Shown piece after piece: positions 39,101 to 54,100 of a stretch of 64,000 bases of DNA; position 1 is the first letter of the stretch, and the number at the start of each line of letters is the position of its first letter. The translations under genes and the position numbers were made by a program. Under the pieces are notes generated by a model. It saw only the letters and a list, made by a program, of their open reading frames with translations. It made no database searches and was not told where the DNA came from. Source of the stretch: Antedon mediterranea (taxonomy: Eukaryota > Animalia > Echinodermata). The stretch spans positions 11,840,352-11,904,351 of the forward strand of contig NC_092678.1 in the NCBI RefSeq assembly GCF_964355755.1, written 5' to 3'.

Positions 39101-42100
39101 AGCATGGAGCTAAAAAATTAGTAGCTCCATGGTTAAAGCATTGCACAACAATCTCAAAATTGTTACATGAAGCTTGCATCAAGTAATTTGACCAATCACA
39201 GCGTAATGAGTCACCCAAACTCTCTCTTGTGATTGGTTAACTCAATTGCATTGCACCAACATCAAGTATGAAAAAAGCTTGACTGTTGAAATGGGAGGAA
39301 ATAATTATTAGCAGTTTGTGATATAAAATCAATGCCATAGAAATTGAGTATTTTATATGAGCTTATAATTGGTGCATTAAAATCATTTGGATTAGAACGT
39401 TAATGTTTGGTACTGAGAACCTCTTATTTCCCTTTCCTTGTTTTTGAAACAAAGTGGTTCATCCCCTCTATCCCAACCAATTTACACTGATACAAAATCA
39501 AAGTATTGGTCTTACCGAAGAAAATGAATCAGAGTTGATTGGTACAAAAACAGTGACTTTACTTTGAGGGTTCACCAGTAGTTGTTGCACATGCATGCCA
39601 TAATCAACAACAGCCTTAAACAAATTTAAAAACACAATACATATGAAGCACTATATGAGCATCGAAGAATGTATATGGACCATTTTAACTATATTTGAAC
39701 TTTCTGACCCTTAGGTCCAGACTATTAATAATGTCAACAGGTGACATTTAGAATCAGTCTCATCACAGGTGACATTTAGAATCAGTCTCATCACAGGTGA
39801 CATTTAGAATCAGTCTCATCACAGGTGAAATTTAGAATCAGTCTCATCACAGCTGACATTTAGAATCAGTCTCATCACAGCTGACATTTAGAATCAGTCT
39901 CATCACAGATGACATTTAGAATCAGTCTCATCCCAGGGTGACATTTAGAATCAGTCTCATCACAGGTGACATTTAGAATCAGTCTCATCACAGGTGAAAT
40001 TTAGAATCAGTCTCATCACAGCTGACATTTAGAATCAGTCTCATCACAGCTGACATTTAGAATCAGTCTCATCACAGATGACATTTAGAATCAGTCTCAT
40101 CCCAGGGTGACATTTAGAATCAGTCTCATCACAGATGACATTTAGAATCAGTCTCATCCCAGGTGACATTTAGAATCAGTCTCATCACAGCTGACATTTA
40201 GAATCAGTCTCATCACAGCTGACATTTAGAATCAGTCTCATCACAGCTGACATTTAGAATCAGTCTTATCACAGCTGACATTTAGAATCAGTCTCATCAC
40301 AGATGACATTTAGAATCAGTCTCATCCCAGGTGACATTTAGAATCAGTCTCATCACAGGTGACATTTAGAATCAGTCTATTCACAGCTGACATTTAGAAT
40401 CAGTCTCATCACAGCTGACATTTAGAATCAGTCTCATCACAGCTGACATTTAGAATCAGTCTCATCACAGCTGACATTTAGAATCAGTCTCATCACAGAT
40501 GACATTTAGAATCAGTCTCATCCCAGGTGACATTTAGAATCAGTCTCATCACAGGTGACATTTAGAATCAGTCTATTCACAGCTGACATTTAGAATCAGT
40601 CTCATCACAGCTGACATTTAGAATCAGTCTCATCACAGCTGACATTTAGAATCAGTCTCATCACAGCTGACATTTAGAATCAGTCTTATCACAGCTGACA
40701 TTTAGAATCAGTCTCATCACAGATGACATTTAGAATCAGTCTCATCACAGGTGACATTTAGAATCAGTCTCATCACAGCTGACATTTAGAATCAGTCTCA
40801 TCACAGGTGACATTTAGAATCAGTCTCATCACAGATGACATTTAGAATCAGTCTCATCACAGATGACATTTAGAATCAGTCTCATCACAGGTGACATTTA
40901 GAATCAGTCTCATCACAGGTGACATTTAGAATCAGTCTCATCACAGATGCTTCTACATTTAGAATCAGTCTCATCACAGATGACATTTAGAATCAGTCTC
41001 ATCACAGCTGACATTTAGAATCAGTCTCATCACAGATGCTTCTACATTTAGAATCAGTCTCATCACAGATGACATTTAGAATCAGTCTCATCACAGGTGA
41101 CATTTAGAATCAGTCTCATCACAGATGCTTCTACATTTAGAATCAGTCTCATCACAGCTGACATTTAGAATCAGTCTTATCACAGATGCTTCTACATTTA
41201 GAATCAGTCTCATCACAGATGACATTTAGAATCAGTCTCATCACAGGTGACATTTAGAATCAGTCTCATCACAGATGCTTCTACATTTAGAATCAGTCTC
41301 ATCACAGATGACATTTAGAATCAGTCTCATCACAGGTGACATTTAGAATCAGTCTCATCAGAGGTGACATTTAGAATCAGTCTCATCACAGATGCTTCTA
41401 CATTTAGAATCAGTCATCAGTCTCATCACAGATGCTTCTACATTTAGAATCAGTCTCATCACAGATGACATTTAGAATCAGTCTCATCACAGGTGACATT
41501 TAGAATCAGTCTCATCACAGATGCTTCTACATTTAGAATCAGTCTCATCACAGATGCTTCTACATTTAGAATCAGTCTCATCACAGATGACATTTAGAAT
41601 CAGTCTCATCACAGATGACATTTAGAATCAGTCTCATCACAGATGCTTCTACATTTAGAATCAGTCTCACCACAGATGACATTTAGAATCAGTCTCATCA
41701 CAGATGCTTCTACATTTAGAATCAGTCTCATCACAGATGACATTTAGAATCAGTCTCATCACAGGTGACATTTAGAATCAGTCTCATCACAGGTGACATT
41801 TAGAATCAGTCTCATCACAGATGCTTCTACATTTAGAATCAGTCTCATCACAGATGCTTCTACATTTAGAATCAGTCTCATCACAGGTGACATTTAGAAT
41901 CAGTCTCATCACAGATGCTTCTACATTTAGAATCAGTCTCATCACAGATGCTTCTACATTTAGAATCAGTCTCATCACAGGTGACATTTAGAATCAGTCT
42001 CATCACAGATGCTTCTACATTTAGAATCAGTCTCATCACAGATGCTTCTAAATTTTGTAGACTTACTAACTTACCCGATAGAACTGAGAGAATTCTGGGA

Positions 42101-45100
42101 TAGTTGCTAATGTGTCGTACACGTTTCCATTACAAAGTGTACCATTACCAACATAACCATCTCGACATATACACTGCCTACTGCCATATGGATTGCTTTC
42201 TATAAAACATAATATATATTTAACAATAAAAAAAACTATTATGAGAAATAACAGATATATTTGGACCGTCAAAATGAAGATATGAGCATGCTGATATCTG
42301 TAAGATAAGTGTTAGGGTCTTTCTATGAACGTGCTACTGTCTTCATTTTATTGGTCACAGTATATCTTGAATTAAACAAATTAATTGGCATGCCAAGCCT
42401 TACTCCTAAGTGTAATCATTTACTATAAAAAAAATAACCCGGCTGTATGAGCCAATAAATATATCAAACAAAGCCCAGTTTATTATAAATATAAATACAG
42501 TTTGAGGAATCATACATGTCCTCCCTCTAAAAAAAAACCAATCAAACAAAATTCATGACATGTGCAATTGTAACAAACCTGTTGGTGGAATTTCATGGCA
42601 ATCAGCATTTTCGGAGCATCCTCCATTATCACTAGAACACCGCCCTCTGTTTGACGGTGTACTTGTAGGTATTTCACAAATGAAACCATCACCAAGATAC
42701 GGTAAGATACAGGAACAAGTTCGCTGATTCTGAAAACCAAATTTGAGTAATAAGAACGCATTTGCACACGACTCTCCTAAAGCTTTAGGATGTAATTAAT
42801 ATTGTGATTGTAAAATGTAATGATACAGTAATTTAATTTTGTTATTTAACAACTTACAGAGATAAGATAAGAGTTGTTCGTACTCCAATAAAAGACACAA
42901 AAACTACCAACTACCAACTACTATCTCTAACGCCTTAAGTTGCTGGGTGCTAAAAAAGGTATTTGTCCTGAATGAGTTGTACTACAGGGGGTACAGTAGT
43001 TGCCAGATATGTGCTGGACTTGTGACTTACCGGAGCTGTGTGTGTGCATTGAGCCTCTTTGTGGCAGCCACCATTATCAGTTGAACACGAATTGACAGGA
43101 TTACATGTCCATCCATTGCCTTCATAGTTTGCTACACATGTACAAACAACTTGTCCTTCACTCTGTAAACATGTTGCAAAGGAACTACACCCTCCATTCA
43201 AATATGAACATGTATCTTTTTCTGTAAACAATTTAAATATTAAAACAATAAAGATAAACCATGGAGATTACATAATACACTAGAGGGTGTACTAAAGCAA
43301 AATTACAACACTCATTCTTTGTTTATGGCCATGTTCAATACAATCATGAAATTTATAATCAACTTTCTACACATTTTATGTCATTTTAAGCATGTAAAAA
43401 TTCCCATGCGTGTGCAAAATTGTTAGGCACGTGGTGCACACATAGCATTAAAAACATAATTTTTTCGCGTGACCTAACTTGTCCGTCACCTAACTTGTCC
43501 GTAGTGACGAGTTCAAATTTAGTTAATTATAATTTAATTTATACTGAATACTGAAATGCATTGTTTTTAAATTGTATACACTTTTCTGCAGCCTGCTCCA
43601 ATTTTGTTAATAGTAAGTAAGTATAGTTTTGTATGTTTACCTGTACACTCTCTTCCATTACCATCATATTGTGGCAAACAGTCACATTTGTCCTCATAAC
43701 GACAAACTGCATAGTTATGGCACGGAGGGTTACAGACAGGTGAAGGTTGCAGTTGTTCATTACAAATGGTACCTGTCCATCCTTCCAGACAAAAACAGCT
43801 TCCAGAACCAAGTATTCCATCTTCACAAATACCATGAGCTGAACATGCACACACTGCAATTATAAATAAATCATGCTAACTGACATTTTCTTTTCTTCAT
43901 TTTTTTTTATGAATAACTGTGGAATTATAGATGTTAATTGTTGATATTTCTACAATTGTTCATCTTTTAAAATGTTGGCAAAACTTTTCCAAGAAAATGT
44001 TAAAAAAGACAAATAGCAGAAGTAGACACTTGACAAGGCAACAGGTTTTGGGAGGTCGTTACTTCTCAACGTACCTGTGCATTGTGGGCCATAGTGTTCT
44101 GGCTGACATGATTGACAGGCATCACCGCGGTAGTTGTCATAGCAATTGCATGTTCCATTGCTTTCAATACCATCATTACATTCTCCATGGTTGTTGCATG
44201 GTGTACTGCCACCTGGACAACCTACAGTACAACAAAACAGCATTTATAATGCAAACATGCATGCTTTGAAACAAATATATAATAACTTCGATTGAATAAA
44301 GATTAAGCACAACATAAACAGAGATGCACATTAAAAATGCCTACCATGGCATAAACTGTATGACCTAAACCAAGATACATACAATGCATAAACTAGAGGT
44401 GCGCAGATATCACGATACTGATCAGATTTCACATGCTTTGAAATTGTGATATTATATATATATATATTGGATTTAGTCCAGAAGCCCAGATTGGTTAAAT
44501 TAGCATTGTGAGTGGGGAAGAGAAGAGTGGGGTATTTGACTCTTAATTTTTGAATTGAATTCAATATAAGAGATAGAAGAAACATGACTTGTACTATTAC
44601 ATAACACAGTAGATTCTTGTCATTTGTTGGATGATTGTGGGTCACATTTTCTTGTACTATTACATAACACAGTAGATAACACATTTTCACATGATATTAA
44701 AAAACTGCTCCATTGAACCCATATGTGATCAATCATACAATTTTGGTATATGTCCATTGAATTTTGTTATATTGTGCATTCATTCTTGCTACAATGAGTA
44801 TCAACCATGCACAACACAAGGCTGTTGAATGGCAGCATGTGTTGTCAACCTGTAGTTGAAAAAAAAAATGGAGCGCTGTCTTTTTTAATGGTTTTAACTT
44901 TGGCCTAGGTTCTTGTATAAAGGTAGAAAAATAATGAATGTTTTGTATTCGTGGAATGGAACAAGTAATTTAATTTGGTGAAAGATGTTCAATATTTGTA
45001 TACAGTATTATCACCAGGCAGTTTAGCTTTCTCTATGCTTATACAAGTATATATACTGTACATAAATGTAAACGATCTACACAATAGAGTGGAAACAGCA

Positions 45101-48100
45101 CAAATCTTCAGATTTGGTAGAAAAATAATGAATGTTTTGTATTCGTGGAATGGAACAAGTAATTTAATTTGGTGAAAGATGTTCAATATTTGTATACAGT
45201 ATTATCACCAGGCAGTTTAGCTTTCTCTATGCTTATACAAGTATATATACTGTACATAAATGTAAACGATCTACACAATAGAGTATTATCACCAGGCAGT
45301 TTAGCTTTCTCTATGCTTATACAAGTATATATACTGTACATAAATGTAAACGATCTACACAATAGAGTGGAAACAGCACAAATCTTCAGATTAGGTAGAA
45401 AAATAATGAATGTTTTGTATTCGTGGAATGGAACAAGTAATTTAATTTGGTGAAAGATGTTCAATATTTGTATACAGTATTATCACCAGGCAGTTTAGCT
45501 TTCTCTATGCTTATACAAGTATATATACTGTACATAAATGTAAACGATCTACACAATAGAGTGGAAACAGCACAAATCTTCAGATATCAAACTTCAGATG
45601 GTATACCATGGATAGTAGAACTGGCATTGTTATTATATCATGAGAAGTTAGTCTTGTTATTGTTATCTGCTGTAACAAGAAACATTTTAACAAGTAACAA
45701 AATCGTAGTGGACTCAATAAATGTATATTTTGGCAGTATGTATGTCAACAAACTAATAAAGAATAAATATCTTCTTATATAGGGGAAACAACTACAGAAC
45801 TTTACTGACCAACCAAAAATATAAGACATTCAGAAAATAATCATGTATTTTGGGTAGGTAAATTTTCATACTATTTTAGATGAGTATTCTGTATATTTTA
45901 TCTTTCCAGTCATTGCTGTTAATTCTTATCTCCATGATGCATATCATCACCTTGATTCAAAAAGAAATTATGTACGGTCTATATTTTTCGATTTCTCCAG
46001 TGCTTTTAATACTATTTTACCACATGTTTTAATTGATAGATTATTAAGTTTTAATGTCTCACCTCAGCTCGCCAAAGTTATATATAGTTTTTTGATTAAT
46101 AGACCGCAGATGGTTAAGTGCAATGGTATCCTATCCAACAAAGAATCCACCAGTGTTGGAGCTCCTCAAGGATGTGTTATCTCTCCAATTTTGTTCTCTT
46201 TTTATTCTAGTAGTTTTAATATTTTAAGTAAAGATTGCAATATTGTAAAATACGCTGACGATACTGTAATTAGTGGTTTTCTTTGCGATAGTAAGCATAA
46301 TGTAAATGAATTTGTTAATGAAGTTGGAAGATTTGTTAATTGGTGTGAAGATATGAACTTAATACTTAATATTACTAAAACCAAAGAGATGATAATAGAT
46401 TTTCGTAAAACCGCAGTTGAACATAATGTAATAACTATTAAAGAAACCGAGGTTGAAAGAGTAACTCAATACAAATACTTAGGTACTATAATTGACAACA
46501 AATTAAAATGGGAGTCAAACTCTCTCATGATTTCCAAGAAGGCATCTCAAAGGCTCTACTTTCTCAGAAAACTCAAGCAAATTAGAGTTGATAACACTAT
46601 TTTAATTCTATTTTATCAAAGTATTATTCAAAGTATTTTATCTTTTAGCATTGGATGTTTTTATGGTAACTTTACTGAAAATGATAAGAAAAATATTGAG
46701 AGACCACGTAAAATTGCACAACGTATTATTAAAGCTGATCTAACGCCTTGTTCATTTATCTATGAAAAGAGTATTCTAAAAAAAGTTAACAATATTATGA
46801 AAGACCCCACTCATCCGTTACATTACTGTTATAACTTAAATAGATCAGGCATTAGGCTACGACCTCCAAGAGCAAATCATTGTAGAACTAGAAAATCCTT
46901 CGTTGTAAATAGCATTCATATTTTTAATTCTAATGTAAGACGTTAATGCAATTTTTAATAGTTTTACATTTTTAACAGTATTTTTAACTTTTTATCTTGT
47001 ATTTTTAATCTGTTATAATACTGCACGTTTTTAAATTGTTGCAATACTGTTGTTTTAATCTACCAAGCAAAGTGAATTTCCATTTTATGGACAAATAAAA
47101 TTTCTTGAATCTTGAATCTTGAATTATCCCTGTACTGTGAATACCGAAGTTAATTTCTTTTTATGTAATGGCTTAGTATCTTGGATTATATCTTTATTCC
47201 ATGTTGGTGGCATGCTGTATTTGCAAATCATTTTCATATTTTGCCTTGCATGTGTAATAAATGATAATACATTTTACATTTACAATGTTATACCTGGTGT
47301 GTAATTGCGCAAATCAAGCAGAAGACTAAGATGCATATGTATATATCAACATAACATTCTGATTCAAACATACTGTAATTCAAATTGTAGTCTTCAATCT
47401 AGCTTTTAAAAAAAAATTAATTTCTGCAGTAAAGTTTATAGCGATTCAAAATACAAATACAAAAATTGTATAATGGTTTTGAGGAAGAGGGGTGGGGGGG
47501 GGGGGGGAGAGAGCAAGCGAGAGAGAGGGTAAAGAAAGAGGTGAGGGTAAAAAAGAGAGGTGAGGGTAAAAAAAGAGAGGTGAGGGTAAATAAAGAGAGG
47601 TGAGGGTAAAGAAAGAGAGGTGAGGGTAAAAAAAGAGAGGTGAGGGTAAATAAAGAGAGGTGAGGGTAAATAAAGAGAGGTGAGGGTAAATAAAGAGAGG
47701 TGAGGGTAAAGAAAGAGAGGTGAGGGTAAAGAAAGAGAGGTGAGAGTAAAGAGAGGTGAGGGTAAAGAAAGAGAGGTGAGGGTAAAGAAAGAGAGGTGAG
47801 GGTAAAGAAAGAGAGGTGAGAGTAAAGCGAGGTGAGGGTAAAGAGAGAGAGAGGTGAGGGTAAAGAACGAGAGGTGAGGGTAAAAAACGAGAGGTGAGGG
47901 TAAAGAACGAGAGGTGAGGGTAAAGAGAGAGAGGTGAGGGTAAAGAAAGAGGTGAGAGTAAAGAAAGAGAGGCGAGGGTAAAGAAAGAGAGGTGAGGGTA
48001 AAGAAAGAGAGGCGAGGGTAAAAAAAGAGAGGTGAGGGTAAATAAAGAGAGGTGAGGGTAAAGAAAGAGAGGTGAGGGTAAATAAAGAGAGGTGAGAGTA

Positions 48101-51100
48101 AAAAAAGAGAGGTGAGGGTAAATAAAGAGAGGTGAGGGTAAAGAAAGAGAGGTGAGGATAAAAAAAAAGAGGTGAGGGTAAAGAAAGAGAGGTGAGGGTA
48201 AAAAAAGAGAGGTGAGGGTAAATAAAGAGAGGTGAGGGTAAATAAAGAGAGGTGAGGGTAAAGAAAGAGAGGTGAGGGTAAAGAAAGAGAGGTGAGGGTA
48301 AATAAAGAGAGGTGAGGGTAAAGAAAGAGAGGTGAGGGTAAAGAAAGAGAGGTGAGGGTAAAGAAAGAGAGGTGAGAGTAAAGAGAGGTGAGGGTAAAGA
48401 AAGAGAGGTGAGGGTAAAGAAAGAGAGGTGAGAGTAAAGCGAGGTGAGGGTAAAGAGAGAGAGGTGAGGGTAAAGAACGAGAGGTGAGGGTAAAGAACGA
48501 GAGGTGAGGGTAAAGAACGAGAGGTGAGGGTAAAGAACGAGAGGTGAGGGTAAAGAGAGAGAGGCGAGGGTAAAGAAAGAGAGGCGAGGGTAAAGAAAGA
48601 GAGGCGAGGGTAAAGAAAGAGAGGCGAGGGTAAAGAAAGAGAGGTGAGGGTAAAGAAAGAGAGGTGAGGGTAAAGAAAGAGAGGTGAGGGTAAAGAAAGA
48701 GAGGTGAGGGTAAAGAAAGAGAGGTGAGGGTAAAGAGAGAGAGGTGAGGGTAAAGAACGAGAGGTGAGGGTAAAGAACGAGAGGTGAGGGTAAAGAACAA
48801 GAGGTGAGGGTAAAGAGAGAGAGGTGAGGGTAAAGAAAGAGGTGAGAGTAAAGAAATAGAGGCGAGGGTAAAGAAAGAGAGGTGAGGGTAAAGAAAGAGA
48901 GGTGAGGGTAAAGAAAGAGAGGTGAGGGTAAAGAAAGAGAGGTGAGGGTAAAGAAAGAGAGGTGAGGGTAAAGAAAGAGAGGTGAGAGTAAAGAAAGAGA
49001 GGTGAGGGTAAAGAAAGAGAGGTGAGGGTAAAGAAAGAGAGGTGAGGGTAAAGAAAGAGAGGTGAGGGTAAAGAAAGAGAGGTGAGAGTAAAGAGAGGTG
49101 AGGGTAAAGAAAGAGAGGTGAGGGTGTCCTGGGAGTATATGTTATAAGCATCATCAGCCATCACTATTAAATTTGCTTTTGGTTGTTAATGTAATCAAAT
49201 ATGTGAAAGGCTGCACAATGTATATACTATAGCATTAGTTAGCAATGCCTGATTAGTGACAACAATGATTGGATTTCAGATTTAACATACTGTTTATAAT
49301 TGCCATACAAGTTGTTGTCATCCAAGCAAATTCGGCTCAAACTGCATCTGAGGCATGTAATAGCTGTTGTACAGCTGGGGTTCCTGGTATTCCAGGACAA
49401 CATGGTAATCCAGGTGTATCAGGACCACAAGGAATAAATGGAGAAAAGGGAATGAAAGGAGACTATGGAGAACAAGAAATAAAAGGAGAACAGGGAATAA
49501 AAGGGGAACAAGGAACGGAAGGAGAACAAGGAACGAAAGGAGAACAAGGAATAAAATGAGACAATGGAAGGGTTGGATTAGATGGGGTTCCTGGTAAATT
49601 AGGACCAAAGGGACCTCAAGGTCTCATTGGGCTACCAGGTGCAAATGGTGTAAAAGGGCAAAAGGGTGAAAAGGCTAATATTACTACTAGCCAGAATAAA
49701 TCTGCCTTTACAGCAGTTTTTACATCAAACCCAGGTCGTGCTTCTGGTCCATTAAAGTATGACACAATAATTACAAATGTAGGAAATGACTATAACAAAG
49801 AAACAGGCAAATTTGTCTGTGCTATTGCAGGCATTTATGTATTTCAGGTCACATCAAGGGCTTCAACAAGTGGTCAGACTCTTACAAAAATCATGAAAAA
49901 TGGGGATAAACAAGTATCTGTGTATATGACTTCTTATTCTGCCAGCACAATGGTGATACTTGATCTGGTATTAGGTGATGAAGTATGGACTCAGCCACAC
50001 CCTGGTTCAACCTATAACTATTACTACAGTGATGGTGATAGATATTTCTCATTCTCAGGTTTTCTGCTTTACGCAACATAAAAAATAACTGTCTAAAGAA
50101 GGTTAAATAATCATATATTTAAGTGGCAACTTTCGTTGCTGTTGGTTTTGATGAAATAAAATAAAATATCATCAAAAAGAATATAAAGCAATTAAAATAA
50201 GCAAACTTTAGTTATAAATAAGAACATATTACAATGAGTTGAGCATAAAACATTTTAACACACTTTAGCATAATATGCTTTCTATATGTGGATATGTAAT
50301 TTCTTATTGTTCAGTATATTCTATCTACTGCATGTACAAGTTTTAATAAATTACTTACCTATACCATGAAACACTTGTTTACAAATTAGTTGTTTTTGTG
50401 CTAATGTGTAGTCTAACTTGTGCTGATATTTGAGAAGAAGCTTGAAAAATGCCGACAAAATGCCAAGTAGTAAGGTTCATTGTCTACAACCACTTTCTTC
50501 CGCCAAAAAATTGTTTTTTTGCATGTCCTTATTTGCATATATTACATAGCCTAATGTAAATACGCGAACGTGATTGGTTGAAATTGCATCACATGACTAC
50601 CGCTGCGAGGATCATAAATCGTATATCCTCGAGAACGATGATATTGACTGAGTAATTTTCGCGTAATTATCGTGTCCCTGTCACTAATCATATAAATTCT
50701 CGAGTACGATGATATTGACTGTGTAATTTTCGTGTGGCAACACTCGCGTTTGCTGATAAATAAACAAAAGTCATCTACTGGGTCTTGAACTCGCGATAAA
50801 ATTGTCACTCCATCACAAGACAACGCTTCATGCGCTGCGCCACAGAACTTGCTTGACGAAATTAATCATCTAAACTATTTAAACTATGCATACATAGCGT
50901 CCTCATATATTTTTAGTCCTCCCTAGATGTGATGAAACACCATTTGTGATTGGTTAATACTCACAGTAGTAAGCGGTACGCGCGCGACGCACTGAACATC
51001 TGGTGATTCGGCTCGAAGAAGACGAATTATTATTTATTCGGCCTACCTCATAATATTATTATTAATGTAGGCTTATTGATGGAAATTCTTCTGTTATTAT

Positions 51101-54100
51101 TTAAACGACCTAGGCTAGTGAATATTTTATTGCCAAGGAATCATTAATTAGTAATTATCTGTATATTATTCTTCGAAGGTAAGGTGTCTGAGCAGCTTGT
51201 TTACATACAACACAAAAAGGAGGCCTAGCATAGCTTCACCCGACCCAGCAGATATTCTACTTGTTGTTGGCTATGTAATATAACAGATATTGCCTTTTAT
51301 ATCGGTAAAACATAAGATTAGACATCCCCTCGGGAATGATATTAAGTTCTTGGGAATTGTATATTTCCCTCAGCAAATATATATTCCCTCGAACATAATA
51401 TCATTCCCTCGGGGATGTCAAATCTTATATTTAACCTCTAAGCAGTCAATATCTGTATAATAATATATGATCATAACTTAAATAAGGATAATATACAATT
51501 GAACATGCCATAGTGAACCTACACTAAAATGCATGAGGCATTAATTTACAAGCAACATTTACAACGCACACATACCGAAGCAATCACGTCCATAGAAGTT
51601 TTCACAGCAGCGATGCAGGACATACCGCTGGACACAATCTACTCGGCATCCAAGTTCAGTCTGGTACCAGCCAGAAGAATAATAGCAGTCTCTGTATACA
51701 TTGCCCTAATCATTTATAATGGATTACAATTGTAAGGACACAAAAAACAACAGGTTGTTAATTTATCAAAACAAATTATCTATATTATATTTTTGGTTGC
51801 TCTTCCTTCTACTTAAATTATTAAATTTTTTGAAGAACAGAAAAATTGTTGTATGTTATATCCATGTTATCAGTTGCTAAAGCATCATTGTACATATATA
51901 TTTCAACCACTATAATTATAATTATAGAGACTATAATTTGTAAAAATATTACAATTTCCAATTTAATTAAAGCTACAGATAACTACTCACAGTGACTTTA
52001 TAACCCTCAGGACAAGTAAACTGAACAGCGCAATCTTGACAAGGACTCTATAAAGTAAAATTTAATTAATTCATTCATTCTGTCCAACATTGACATTCAC
52101 AATATATGCAAGACATGTGATTTAGCTACATTCATCAAAACCCAGCAATGAAATTATGCTGCACATCTGATTAGATCCGATAATGATCGGATGACGAAAA
52201 AGTTATTTTTCCAAGATGACAAATGCTCCAAGCGTGGTAGAAATACGAACCCGTTATTCAAACAAGTTCTCGATAATGTTGGAATGGTCAAACAAGCCTT
52301 CATTAACAACTCGAAGGCCCGCTTATTTTGAATCGGCATTTATTTATAAATGCCATTTAGAACACTCTGTCAGAGTTACAGATTAAATTTCTATATTACA
52401 TATTAGGCTTTACTTCTTAATTCTTACGCGAAAGATTATCAGTGAGTTAGGGGATACCTTTAATTATTTTCCATTTCAAGCATGTCCAAACTATAGAGGG
52501 TGCTATAAAATTTGGAAAAATACACCAAACCACAGAGAGTGCCAATAAAAAAAAAATATTATCTATGAATAGTGCGTATGCCAGGCTTAATAAACAATGC
52601 ATGAATTTATTAAAGATCTTACGGACTATTTAGTATGTTTTCTATTTTCTTTCTCTATCTTGAGCCTATTAATATTAGAAATTAAAATTGTTTATACTAT
52701 ATTTATATTTATCAGGATATTTAAAAAAAGAAATGCAGTATACCTTAACAGTATTGTAAGTAACATCATCACAACGACCTCCGATGCTTGGTAGGTCAAG
52801 TACAGCATCAATACCAAACACCACACCATCAGCAAACATGATGTTGGACTGCAGAATCATAGCCTCCATGTTTACGTAACCATCGCCCTACAAACAAAAG
52901 ATAATTTTCCATGTGAAGATTCTATTCAATTTTGAGGTATAAATAATTTTACACAGTGCTTACATGCAATTTCTTGAAACCATAAATATCCCATATTTAG
53001 GGCTCATAAACTTCAGGTATATATCATCATATAGGAATAAGAAAAAAGGCGTGGTGCATGTAACACACATGTAAGCAAGCTTGCAATTAAAAAAAATGGA
53101 TACAATTAATTTTTGACTAAATTAACAGCATGTTTCGGACTATTTTAAGCATTGCATTTAAACAAAGTCAGACACTTTGGACCAGCCCACCCGTGTGGTT
53201 TATCTGCTATACAGTTGCTACCTGACAGCATTGCTTGAAGAGAATAGGTAAACCACTACTAAACTCACGATAACTTGTCCACATCCAGCAGAAATTGATG
53301 AGCCTTGCAGTGTGGCTAGAGTACTACCATCTCTTAATATCATTTCAGATAGACGAATCTACAAACAATAAAACATAAATGCACATATTCCGTTCAAAAT
53401 GGAAGAGGTGTGAATTTAACTTAAAGCTCTATCCACACTATCAAATCTGTCCACACTATCTAACACTGGTGACACAATGCAAGGACATAGACGCAACGCA
53501 ATGAAAACAGTACGAATCATCCATTGTTTGTGATTACTTCCTTTTATTGCGTCTCTAGTGGGCACCAAGCATTAGGTGGCAAGTCAGCAAATGTCATATG
53601 AGGAGACAAATAAATAAACTTGTTTCAGAAATTTCATTGGCGATTCTCACCTTCTTATCAGCAAGTACATGGAATCGCAGATATTCACCAAGAATTTCAA
53701 CATTATTTTCAAGTTGGTGCTTTTTGTCTGCTGGGAGGTTGTTGAAAGCTTGGTTGGTTGGAGCAAATAGAGTGAAGGGTTTGTAGAGGGGGTTTTCTAA
53801 TGTTTCAAACATCCCAGCAAATTTCATCATTTCAATCAAAGTTGTGTAATTGTTCCACAATAAAGTTTCCCTCAGTGTTGAATTCTGAAATCAGAGCAAT
53901 CTCTGCCATTATGTACAAAACAAATTAAAGTTCTATATTCCACTAAACATGGAACAAAAATGAAAAAAATGATGACCAAGTAAAGTAAACTGATACAGAC
54001 AAACAAAGGAGAATATTCATGTAAATTTGGGGACTGTTTACGCGTCAACTGGAATTTTCTCCCAAGAATGACAAAAATACTGAATACTGAATAGCTTTAT

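Larger units (their letters stand above)
45843..50081 (+). pseudogene. Collagen-C1q domain gene (C1q/CTRP-like), nested antisense in a stabilin intron, with an in-frame TGA
   Basis: Exon 49280-50081 encodes a hydrophobic signal remainder, CNSCC, Gly-X-Y repeats and a C1q domain ([38 protein letters not shown]). TGA at 49557-49559 sits at a Gly position. Candidate first coding exon ATGTATTTTGG|GTAGGT at 45843-45853 is phase-compatible. Confidence 0.82.

Noticed and set aside
47436-49164. Two 572-aa Leu/Ser/Pro/Phe-rich ORFs
   Set aside because: Translation of the pyrimidine strand of the 20-bp satellite.
49557-49559. TGA as selenocysteine or programmed readthrough
   Set aside because: It sits at an obligatory collagen Gly position, one substitution from GGA; no SECIS recognised.
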